NCBI RefSeq assembly: GCF_030384885.1
Contig: NZ_CP128613.1
Length of the DNA stretch: 64,000 bases
Source of the DNA: Escherichia coli
Lineage (GTDB): Bacteria; Pseudomonadota; Gammaproteobacteria; Enterobacterales; Enterobacteriaceae
Strand: one strand, 5' to 3'
Positions 33,301 through 41,895 of this stretch are shown one piece after another. The first letter of the stretch is position 1. The number at the start of each line of letters is the position of its first letter. Made by a program: the position numbers and the translations under genes. Below the pieces are notes generated by a model. The model ran no database searches, was not told the DNA's origin, and was given only the letters and a program-made list of their open reading frames with translations.

Positions 33301-35015
33301 GCCATTGATTCCTGCACATGAAGGCTTGCAGCATAACGTTTTTTCGCTTCCGCACGGGCAGGCTTGCCGGAGGACGTTCGGGGAATACTGTGGGGCGGCA
33401 ACAGATCGATAGCCGCTGTTACGCCAAATTCGCTTTGGATCCGTGCTGCCAGTGCGTGGATAAGCTGCCCACGACGTTCTTCGTCGCTGATCCTACACTG
33501 GATCTGCAAAATGATTTTTTCCTGGGCGGTAACAAAAGCAATCGCATCGCCAGAATGAATTTCCGGTTCCTGTTCCGCAATATATTCAATATCCTGCGGC
33601 CAGATATTACGGCCACGAATAATAATCAGATCTTTAATGCGCCCGGTGACATACAGATAACCGTCCAGCAGATAACCGAGGTCGCCGGTATCTAACCAGC
33701 CCGTCGCGGCAATCTCGTCTTGCGAAACCTGGTCGCCAAAGTAACCGCTCATCAGGCTGGGGCCGGAGATGCAAATATGGCCTACCACACGTTCCGCGAC
33801 TGGCATACCTGCTTCATTGCGGATTTCAATGCCATGTTCCGGCAACGCTTTACCGCAGTTGACGAAAGTCGATACGGCGCGTGTTTCAGCACCCGGCGTG
33901 ACGGCTTTGCCCTGATATTCAAGAATGTCGCGATCCACTTCGTTAACCACAACCCCGGAGGCTTCATCAGAGAAGCTGACAGCCAGCGCATTTTCTGCCA
34001 GTCCGTAGCACGGCATGAAAGTTTTATCGTCAAAGTTAACCTGACGGAAACATTCAGCGAATTGATGGAGTTGTTCTGCGGAGATCGGCTCAGCACCAAT
34101 ACCAGCAACGCGCCAGCAGGAAAGATCCAGTTCAGCGAGATCTTTTTCATTCACGCGGCGCTGGCACAATTCATAGCCAAACGGCGGCGCAACGGAAACG
34201 GTGCCGCGATTTTTACTGATCAATTTAAGCCATTGCAGAGGACGCATGGCAAAATCCTGAGTGCGCAAATAATCTACTGAGAGCTGCGTGGCGACGGGGG
34301 TCAGGAGAAAGCCGACCAGTCCCATATCATGGTAGAAAGGCAGCCAGGAGACGCAGCGGTCGCCAGGGCGTAATTTAATGCCATCGTGGCTTATAGCACG
34401 TAGATTAGCCATCACTTCGCGATGGGTGATAATGACGCCACGGGGAAAACGGGTGCTGCCGGAGGTGTACTGGAGGTAGGCGATATCGTTCGGAACTGGA
34501 CGCTGGAGTACAACATCGGCTTCCGGTAATGCCTTAAACCAGGCGTGGCTTAAAACATGTAATTCGGGGTTGTTATGCGTAGCAGCATTGACCAGTGGCA
34601 ACCACTCATCACCAGTGATAATGGCTGCGGGCTGGCAACTTGCCAGTAGACCCTGCAGTTTGGCGCTCCAGGAATCCCGCTGACCGACGCCCATTGGAAT
34701 TGCCAACGGGACGGCGACTAAGCCGGCATACTGGCAGGCAAAAAAAGCCTCTACAAACCCGCTACTCGTTTCGGCAATCAGCGCCACGCGATCGCCTTTT
34801 TTCAGATTCAGTGATAACAACCGCTTCGCACCAGCTTCGGCACGCGCTTTTAACGTCTGATATTCCAGTTGATCTTCAAGTTGGCAACGTCTGTCATAAA
34901 AATTCATTCCGGCGCTACTCAGAGCGGCGTAGTCCAAAGCATCAACCAGCGTTGGAAAATCGGCATAGCGCATAGGTAGGGAATGCGTAAAGATGTTATT
35001 AGACATATACACCAC
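33297..35015 (-). CDS. fatty acyl-AMP ligase / acyl-ACP synthetase (adenylate-forming); start at GTG 35015 or ATG ~35006
   Basis: Track ORF 572 aa; AMP-binding signature YTSGSTRFPRGV, second motif TGDLGY; first gene of the minus-strand operon. Confidence 0.85.
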   Translation of the reverse strand: MVYMSNNIFTHSLPMRYADFPTLVDALDYAALSSAGMNFYDRRCQLEDQLEYQTLKARAEAGAKRLLSLNLKKGDRVALIAETSSGFVEAFFACQYAGLVAVPLAIPMGVGQRDSWSAKLQGLLASCQPAAIITGDEWLPLVNAATHNNPELHVLSHAWFKALPEADVVLQRPVPNDIAYLQYTSGSTRFPRGVIITHREVMANLRAISHDGIKLRPGDRCVSWLPFYHDMGLVGFLLTPVATQLSVDYLRTQDFAMRPLQWLKLISKNRGTVSVAPPFGYELCQRRVNEKDLAELDLSCWRVAGIGAEPISAEQLHQFAECFRQVNFDDKTFMPCYGLAENALAVSFSDEASGVVVNEVDRDILEYQGKAVTPGAETRAVSTFVNCGKALPEHGIEIRNEAGMPVAERVVGHICISGPSLMSGYFGDQVSQDEIAATGWLDTGDLGYLLDGYLYVTGRIKDLIIIRGRNIWPQDIEYIAEQEPEIHSGDAIAFVTAQEKIILQIQCRISDEERRGQLIHALAARIQSEFGVTAAIDLLPPHSIPRTSSGKPARAEAKKRYAASLHVQESMA

Positions 35016-35377
35016 GAAAAAAATTGGATATCAGAAATAAAATGACAATAATGCGGTGGATTATATAGGCATAAAAGATAAATGAGATAGTATTTTCATC
35101 GGTGCGATATTGAACATTGATTTAAATAATAGGTTTGGCTTTGTTGTTTTTATTGTGAATGATATTTAATTTATGAATATATTAAGAAGAAGCCTTGTTT
35201 GGTTGCCTTAAATCGACAAAAGGCATTGAGGCGCTTCTGTGTAGTCTCTGACCTTATCTTAATTATTAATAAATACTATTTATTCTTTGTTTGTATTCAT
35301 TGGGTTGATTATTAAGATGCCGTTCGTTGCTGTTGCAATCTGTTTGTCACCGTTAATTATTTGTTATCCACAGAGAT
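35016..35377. promoter_or_regulatory. AT-rich divergent promoter region between the FAAL operon (-) and yghO (+)
   Basis: ~360 bp strongly AT-rich with A/T tracts; flanked by divergent start codons; typical of H-NS-bound, horizontally acquired regulatory regions. Confidence 0.5.
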
Positions 35378-36520
35378 ATGGAATGCGATCTGCTGATGAT
35401 TAAAATTGAAAAAGTAATTAATAAAAATGACATTAAGGCATTTATCGCTTTTCCGTCATCACTTTATCCCGATGATCCAAACTGGATACCCCCTTTGTTC
35501 ATTGAACGCAGCGAGCATTTGTCGGCGAAGAATCCGGGGACGGACCATATTATCTGGCAGGCGTGGGTAGCAAAAAAAGCGGGGCAGATAGTCGGGCGGA
35601 TTACCGCGCAAATCGATACCTTGCACCGCGAGCGTTACGGTGACGATACCGGTCATTTTGGCATGATTGACGCCATTGATGATCCGCAGGTTTTTGCCGC
35701 TTTGTTTGGCGCAGCGGAAGCATGGTTGAAGTTACAAGGTGCCAGTATGATCAGCGGGCCTTTCAGCCTGAATATCAATCAGGAAAGCGGATTACTGATT
35801 GAAGGTTTCGACACTCCGCCCTGTGCGATGATGCCGCACGGTAAACCGTGGTATGCCGCGCATATTGAACAATTGGGTTATCACAAAGGTATTGATTTAC
35901 TGGCGTGGTGGATGCAACGAACCGATCTCACTTTCTCTCCGGCGCTAAAAAAACTGATGGATCAGGTACGCAAAAAGGTGACCATTCGTTGCATCAATCG
36001 TCAGCGGTTTGCTGAAGAGATGCAGATCCTGCGTGAGATTTTCAACTCTGGCTGGCAGCACAACTGGGGATTTGTGCCGTTTACCGAACATGAATTCGCT
36101 ACCATGGGCGATCAACTAAAGTATCTGGTACCGGACGATATGATCTACGTCGCTGAGATTGGTTCTGCACCCTGCGCGTTTATTGTCGGCTTGCCGAACA
36201 TCAACGAGGCGATTGCCGATCTGAACGGATCGCTCTTTCCCTTCGGCTGGGCAAAATTGCTGTGGCGCTTAAAAGTCAGCGGTGTGCGAACTGCGCGAGT
36301 GCCGCTGATGGGCGTGCGTGACGAGTATCAGTTCAGCCGCATCGGCCCGGTGATTGCGCTGTTATTGATTGAAGCCTTACGCGATCCGTTTGCTCGCCGG
36401 AAGATCGATGCGCTGGAAATGTCATGGATCCTCGAAACCAATACAGGCATGAATAACATGCTGGAACGCATTGGAGCGGAGCCGTACAAGCGTTACCGAT
36501 TGTATGAAAAGCAGATTTAA
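35378..36520 (+). CDS. yghO: YghO, full-length; candidate N-acyltransferase (GNAT/FemAB-like fold suspected, not verified)
   Basis: Track ORF 380 aa MECDLLMIKIEKVINKNDIKAF...; position between the lipid operon and glcC. Confidence 0.75.
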   Translation: MECDLLMIKIEKVINKNDIKAFIAFPSSLYPDDPNWIPPLFIERSEHLSAKNPGTDHIIWQAWVAKKAGQIVGRITAQIDTLHRERYGDDTGHFGMIDAIDDPQVFAALFGAAEAWLKLQGASMISGPFSLNINQESGLLIEGFDTPPCAMMPHGKPWYAAHIEQLGYHKGIDLLAWWMQRTDLTFSPALKKLMDQVRKKVTIRCINRQRFAEEMQILREIFNSGWQHNWGFVPFTEHEFATMGDQLKYLVPDDMIYVAEIGSAPCAFIVGLPNINEAIADLNGSLFPFGWAKLLWRLKVSGVRTARVPLMGVRDEYQFSRIGPVIALLLIEALRDPFARRKIDALEMSWILETNTGMNNMLERIGAEPYKRYRLYEKQI

Positions 36521-36658
36521 TACCAGATCCCATTAAGCGCACGGACGGTCATTCGGGAGAGTGTATAGATGAACAGATTTAACATCAGATCCTATTAAGC
36601 GCAGGGGCGGTCCCCTCGCCCCTCAGGGAGAGGGTTAGGGTGAGGGGGAAAACTCGGC

Positions 36659-37429
36659 TCACATTCCCCCCTTGTTCATCTCCAGTGGCACCGCCGAGCG
36701 AATCAAATGGTGGCCTTCCAGTTCGATATCGTGGAGATTCTTTTTCACGGTCCGCACATGATCACGTGCGGCGCGCTGGGCGACGTGCGGCAGTCGCTGC
36801 AACACCGCGTTGTAGATCCGCGCATGTTGGCGATCGATCTGCTTTTTTTGCTGTGGTCGATGGTAGAGATTATTTACGCTGGCAAACACTGAATTAAACA
36901 TCAGATCGGTCAATGATTGCAGCGTAAAAACTAGCACCTGATTGTGGGAAGCCTGACAAATGGCAAGATGGAAAGCATGATCCAGCTGCGCGTGTTCGAT
37001 CAGCGAAATTTCTTTGTTGTTTTCACTGGCGGCGAGCATTTTTTCATAACAGCGGGTTATCAAAACAAAATCCGCCTGGGTTCCCAGCGTAGCTGCCAAC
37101 CTTGCCGATTCGCCTTCCAGCAATGCGCGAACGTCGAGTAGATCGTATAGCGTTCGCGGCTGTGTACTGAACAGATGGATCAGCGGGCTGGTGTCCTGCA
37201 CGCGATTAAGGCGTGCGACACGAGAATCGCGCCCCTGTGCTGTTTCAATAATCCCGCGTCCGCGCAGCACGGTCAGCCCTTCACGCAGTGCGGAACGCGA
37301 GAAGCCGAGCTTTTCACACAGTCGACGCTCCGAAGGAAGCGGCTGACCGACCTTCAGCACGCCGTCGATAATTAACCGTTCGATACTCTCTGCAACCACT
37401 TCGCAAATAGGGCGACGTTCATCTTTCAT
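36659..37429 (-). CDS. glcC: GntR-family activator of the glycolate operon
   Basis: Track ORF 36659..37489; start trimmed to MKDERRPICEVVAESIERLIIDG. Confidence 0.93.
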   Translation of the reverse strand: MKDERRPICEVVAESIERLIIDGVLKVGQPLPSERRLCEKLGFSRSALREGLTVLRGRGIIETAQGRDSRVARLNRVQDTSPLIHLFSTQPRTLYDLLDVRALLEGESARLAATLGTQADFVLITRCYEKMLAASENNKEISLIEHAQLDHAFHLAICQASHNQVLVFTLQSLTDLMFNSVFASVNNLYHRPQQKKQIDRQHARIYNAVLQRLPHVAQRAARDHVRTVKKNLHDIELEGHHLIRSAVPLEMNKGGM

Positions 37430-37679
37430 TCCCGGACCTCGTGCACAGGTAGGACCAATTTTTCTGTTCTTGATTCGCAAAACACGCACATCACGTAAGT
37501 GATTATGTTACATCAATTTAACATTAAGTTAACCAAGGCAAGGTCACAGAGCTGGAAAAAAAATGGTCTGACCGGTAGCTAAAGAGATAGACGAAAACGA
37601 AAAGCCCGCTTAATAACTGTTCACAGAAGCAGCGCGCAAAAATCAGCTGCCACACAACACAACAAAGCGAACCCTACTC
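37430..37679. promoter_or_regulatory. glcC / glcDEFGBA divergent promoter region
   Basis: Intergenic between divergent glcC and glcD; known regulated promoter pair in E. coli. Confidence 0.5.
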
Positions 37680-39179
37680 ATGAGCATCTTGTACGAAGAG
37701 CGTCTTGATGGCGCTTTACCCGATGTCGACCGTACATCGGTACTGATGGCACTGCGTGAGCATGTCCCTGGACTGGAGATCCTGCATACCGATGAGGAGA
37801 TCATTCCTTACGAGTGTGACGGGTTGAGCGCGTATCGTACGCGTCCATTACTGGTTGTTCTGCCTAAGCAGATGGAACAGGTGACGGCGATTCTCGCTGT
37901 CTGCCACCGTTTGCATGTACCGGTAGTGACCCGTGGCGCAGGCACCGGACTTTCTGGCGGTGCGCTGCCGCTGGAAAAAGGTGTGTTGTTGGTGATGGCG
38001 CGCTTTAAAGAAATCCTCGACATTAACCCCGTTGGTCGCCGTGCGCGTGTGCAGCCGGGCGTGCGTAACCTGGCGATCTCCCAGGCTGTTGCGTCGCATA
38101 ATCTCTATTACGCGCCGGATCCTTCCTCACAAATCGCCTGTTCCATTGGCGGCAACGTGGCGGAAAACGCCGGGGGCGTCCACTGTCTGAAATATGGTCT
38201 GACCGTACATAATCTGCTGAAAATTGAAGTGCAAACGCTGGATGGCGAGACACTAACGCTGGGATCGGACGCGCTGGATTCGCCCGGTTTTGACCTGCTG
38301 GCGCTGTTCACCGGATCGGAAGGCATGCTCGGCGTGACCACCGAAGTGACGGTAAAACTGCTGCCGAAGCCCCCTGTGGCACGAGTTCTGTTAGCCAGCT
38401 TTGACTCAGTAGAAAAAGCCGGACTTGCGGTTGGCGACATCATCGCTAATGGCATTATCCCCGGCGGGCTGGAGATGATGGATAACCTGTCGATCCGCGC
38501 GGCGGAAGATTTTATTCATGCCGGTTATCCCGTCGATGCCGAAGCAATTTTATTATGTGAGTTGGACGGCGTGGAGTCTGATGTACAGGAAGACTGCGAG
38601 CGAGTTAACGACATCTTACTGAAAGCGGGCGCGACTGACGTCCGTCTGGCGCAGGATGAAGCGGAGCGCGTGCGTTTCTGGGCCGGTCGCAAAAATGCTT
38701 TTCCAGCGGTAGGACGTATTTCCCCGGATTACTACTGCATGGACGGCACCATCCCGCGCCGCGCGTTGCCTGGCGTACTGGAAGGCATTGCCCGTTTATC
38801 GCAGCAATATGATTTACGCGTTGCCAACGTCTTTCATGCCGGAGACGGCAATATGCACCCGTTAATCCTTTTCGATGCCAACGAACCCGGTGAATTCGCC
38901 CGTGCGGAAGAATTGGGTGGGAAGATCCTTGAACTCTGTGTTGAAGTAGGCGGCAGTATCAGTGGGGAACATGGCATCGGGCGCGAAAAAATCAATCAGA
39001 TGTGCGCCCAGTTCAACAGTGATGAAATTACTACCTTTCATGCAGTCAAGGTGGCGTTTGATCCTGATGGTTTGCTGAACCCTGGGAAAAACATCCCCAC
39101 ACTGCACCGCTGCGCTGAATTTGGTGCCATGCACGTGCATCACGGTCATTTACCTTTCCCTGAACTGGAGCGTTTCTGA
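37680..39179 (+). CDS. glcD: glycolate oxidase FAD-linked subunit
   Basis: Track ORF 499 aa MSILYEERLDGALPDVDRTSVLMALREHVPGLEILH... Confidence 0.96.
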   Translation: MSILYEERLDGALPDVDRTSVLMALREHVPGLEILHTDEEIIPYECDGLSAYRTRPLLVVLPKQMEQVTAILAVCHRLHVPVVTRGAGTGLSGGALPLEKGVLLVMARFKEILDINPVGRRARVQPGVRNLAISQAVASHNLYYAPDPSSQIACSIGGNVAENAGGVHCLKYGLTVHNLLKIEVQTLDGETLTLGSDALDSPGFDLLALFTGSEGMLGVTTEVTVKLLPKPPVARVLLASFDSVEKAGLAVGDIIANGIIPGGLEMMDNLSIRAAEDFIHAGYPVDAEAILLCELDGVESDVQEDCERVNDILLKAGATDVRLAQDEAERVRFWAGRKNAFPAVGRISPDYYCMDGTIPRRALPGVLEGIARLSQQYDLRVANVFHAGDGNMHPLILFDANEPGEFARAEELGGKILELCVEVGGSISGEHGIGREKINQMCAQFNSDEITTFHAVKVAFDPDGLLNPGKNIPTLHRCAEFGAMHVHHGHLPFPELERF

Positions 39180-40231
39180 TGCTACGCGAGTGTGATTACA
39201 GCCAGGCGCTGCTTGAGCAGGTGAATCAGGCGATTAGCGATAAAACGCCGCTGGTGATTCAGGGCAGCAATAGCAAAGCCTTTTTAGGTCGTCCTGTCAC
39301 CGGGCAAGCGCTGGATGTGCGTTGTCATCGAGGCATTGTTAATTACGACCCGACCGAGCTGGTGATAACCGCGCGTGCCGGAACGCCGCTGGTGGCGATT
39401 GAAGCGGCGCTGGAGAGCGCGGGGCAAATGCTCCCCTGCGAGCCACCGCATTATGGTGACGAAGCCACCTGGGGCGGTATGGTCGCCTGCGGGCTGGCAG
39501 GGCCGCGTCGCCCGTGGAGTGGTTCGGTACGCGATTTTGTCCTCGGTACGCGCATTATTACCGGTACTGGAAAACATCTGCGCTTTGGTGGCGAAGTGAT
39601 GAAAAACGTTGCCGGATACGATCTCTCGCGGTTAATGGCCGGAAGCTACGGCTGTCTTGGCGTGCTCACTGAAATCTCGATGAAAGTGTTGCCGCGACCG
39701 CGCGCCACACTGAGCTTGCGTCGGGAAATAAGCCTGCAAGAAGCCATGAGTGAAATCGCCCAGTGGCAACTCCAGCCATTACCCATTAGTGGCTTATGTT
39801 ACTTCGACAATGCGTTGTGGATCCGCCTTGAAGGCGGTGAAGGATCGGTAAAAGCAGCACGTGAACTGCTGGGTGGCGAAGAGGTTGCGGGTCAGTTCTG
39901 GCAGCAATTGCGTGAACAACAACTGCCGTTCTTCTCATTACCGGGCACTTTATGGCGTATTTCCTTACCCACCGATGCGCCGATGATGGATTTACCCGGC
40001 GAGCAACTGATCGACTGGGGCGGCGCGTTACGTTGGCTGAAATCGACAGCCGATGACAATCAAATCCATCGCATTGCCCGCAACGCAGGCGGTCATGCGA
40101 CCCGCTTTAGTGCCGGAGACGGTGGCTTTGCCCCGCTACCGGCTCCTTTATTCCGCTATCACCAGCAGCTTAAACAGCAGCTCGACCCTTGCGGCGTGTT
40201 TAACCCCGGTCGCATGTACGCGGAACTTTAA
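39179..40231 (+). CDS. glcE: glycolate oxidase FAD-binding subunit
   Basis: Track ORF 350 aa MLRECDYSQALLEQVNQAISDKTPLVIQG... Confidence 0.95.
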   Translation: MLRECDYSQALLEQVNQAISDKTPLVIQGSNSKAFLGRPVTGQALDVRCHRGIVNYDPTELVITARAGTPLVAIEAALESAGQMLPCEPPHYGDEATWGGMVACGLAGPRRPWSGSVRDFVLGTRIITGTGKHLRFGGEVMKNVAGYDLSRLMAGSYGCLGVLTEISMKVLPRPRATLSLRREISLQEAMSEIAQWQLQPLPISGLCYFDNALWIRLEGGEGSVKAARELLGGEEVAGQFWQQLREQQLPFFSLPGTLWRISLPTDAPMMDLPGEQLIDWGGALRWLKSTADDNQIHRIARNAGGHATRFSAGDGGFAPLPAPLFRYHQQLKQQLDPCGVFNPGRMYAEL

Positions 40232-40241
40232 GGAGCAGGCT

Positions 40242-41465
40242 ATGCAAACCCGGTTAACTGAAGAGATGCTTCAGAACGCGCGTGCGCTGGAAGCCGACAG
40301 CATCCTGCGCGCCTGTGTTCACTGTGGATTTTGTACCGCAACCTGCCCAACTTATCAGCTTTTAGGCGATGAACTGGACGGGCCGCGCGGGCGCATCTAT
40401 CTGATTAAACAGGTGCTGGAGGGCAACGAAGTCACGCTTAAAACGCAGGAGCATCTCGATCGCTGTCTCACTTGTCGCAATTGTGAAACCACCTGTCCTT
40501 CTGGTGTGCGCTATCACAATTTGCTGGATATCGGGCGTGATATTGTCGAGCAGAAAGTGAAACGCCCACTGCCAGAACGAATGCTGCGCGAAGGGTTGCG
40601 CCAGGTTGTGCCGCGTCCGGCGGTCTTCCGTGCGCTGACGCAGGTAGGGCTGGTGCTGCGACCATTGTTACCAGAGCAAGTCAGAGCAAAATTGCCCGCT
40701 GGAACCATGAAAGCCAAACCGCGTCCGCCGCTGCGCCATAAGCGCCGGGTTTTAATGCTGGAAGGCTGCGCCCAACCTACGCTTTCGCCCAATACCAACG
40801 CGGCAACTGCGCGAGTGCTGGATCGTCTGGGGATCAGCGTGACGCCAGCTAATGAAGCAGGCTGTTGTGGCGCGGTGGACTATCATCTTAATGCGCAAGA
40901 GAAAGGGCTGGCGCGGGCGCGCAATAATATTGATGCCTGGTGGCCCGCGATTGAAGCAGGTGCCGAGGCAATTTTACAAACCGCCAGCGGTTGCGGCGCG
41001 TTCGTGAAAGAGTATGGGCAGATGCTGAAAAGTGATGCGTTGTACGCCGATAAAGCGCGTCGGGTCAGTGAACTGGCGGTCGATTTAGTCGAACTTCTGC
41101 GCAAGGAACCGCTGGAAAAACTGGCAATTCGCGGCGATAAAAAACTGGCCTTCCACTGCCCGTGTACCCTACAACATGCGCAAAAGCTGAACGGCGAAGT
41201 GGAAAAAGTGTTACTTCGTCTTGGATTTACCTTAACGGACGTTCCCGACAGCCATCTGTGCTGCGGCTCTGCGGGAACATATGCGTTAACGCATCCCGAT
41301 CTGGCGCGCCAGCTGCGGGATAACAAAATGAATGCGCTGGAAAGCGGCAAACCGGAAATGATCGTCACCGCCAACATTGGTTGCCAGATGCATCTGGCGA
41401 GTGCCGGTCGTACCTCTGTGCGTCACTGGATTGAAATTGTAGAACAAGCCCTTGAAAAGGAATAA
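40242..41465 (+). CDS. glcF: glycolate oxidase iron-sulfur subunit
   Basis: Track ORF 40053..41465; start trimmed to MQTRLTEEMLQNARALEADSILRACVHCGFCTATCPTYQ (407 aa), preceded by aggag. Confidence 0.95.
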   Translation: MQTRLTEEMLQNARALEADSILRACVHCGFCTATCPTYQLLGDELDGPRGRIYLIKQVLEGNEVTLKTQEHLDRCLTCRNCETTCPSGVRYHNLLDIGRDIVEQKVKRPLPERMLREGLRQVVPRPAVFRALTQVGLVLRPLLPEQVRAKLPAGTMKAKPRPPLRHKRRVLMLEGCAQPTLSPNTNAATARVLDRLGISVTPANEAGCCGAVDYHLNAQEKGLARARNNIDAWWPAIEAGAEAILQTASGCGAFVKEYGQMLKSDALYADKARRVSELAVDLVELLRKEPLEKLAIRGDKKLAFHCPCTLQHAQKLNGEVEKVLLRLGFTLTDVPDSHLCCGSAGTYALTHPDLARQLRDNKMNALESGKPEMIVTANIGCQMHLASAGRTSVRHWIEIVEQALEKE

Positions 41466-41469
41466 CAAA

Positions 41470-41874
41470 ATGAAAACTAAAGTCATTCTTAGCCAGCAAA
41501 TGGCGAGTGCAATTATTGCCGCAGGTCAGGAAGAGGCGCAGAAAAATAACTGGTCTGTTTCCATTGCTGTTGCCGATGACGGCGGTCATCTGCTGGCGTT
41601 AAGTCGCATGGACGATTGCGCGCCGATTGCGGCTTACATCTCCCAGGAGAAAGCGCGTACCGCCGCGCTGGGGCGTCGTGAAACTAAGGGCTATGAAGAG
41701 ATGGTGAACAACGGACGTACCGCGTTCGTGACTGCGCCGTTACTGACGTCGCTGGAAGGTGGCGTACCGGTTATTGTGGATGGGCAAATTATTGGTGCCG
41801 TGGGCGTTTCTGGTTTAACCGGAGCACAGGATGCGCAGGTCGCGAAAGCGGCAGCAGCGGTGTTGGCGAAATAA
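41470..41874 (+). CDS. glcG: GlcG (heme-binding-like protein of glc operon)
   Basis: Track ORF 41452..41874; start trimmed to MKTKVILSQQMASAIIAAG (134 aa). Confidence 0.93.
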   Translation: MKTKVILSQQMASAIIAAGQEEAQKNNWSVSIAVADDGGHLLALSRMDDCAPIAAYISQEKARTAALGRRETKGYEEMVNNGRTAFVTAPLLTSLEGGVPVIVDGQIIGAVGVSGLTGAQDAQVAKAAAAVLAK

Positions 41875-41895
41875 GCGAAAACGAGGAGATAAACA

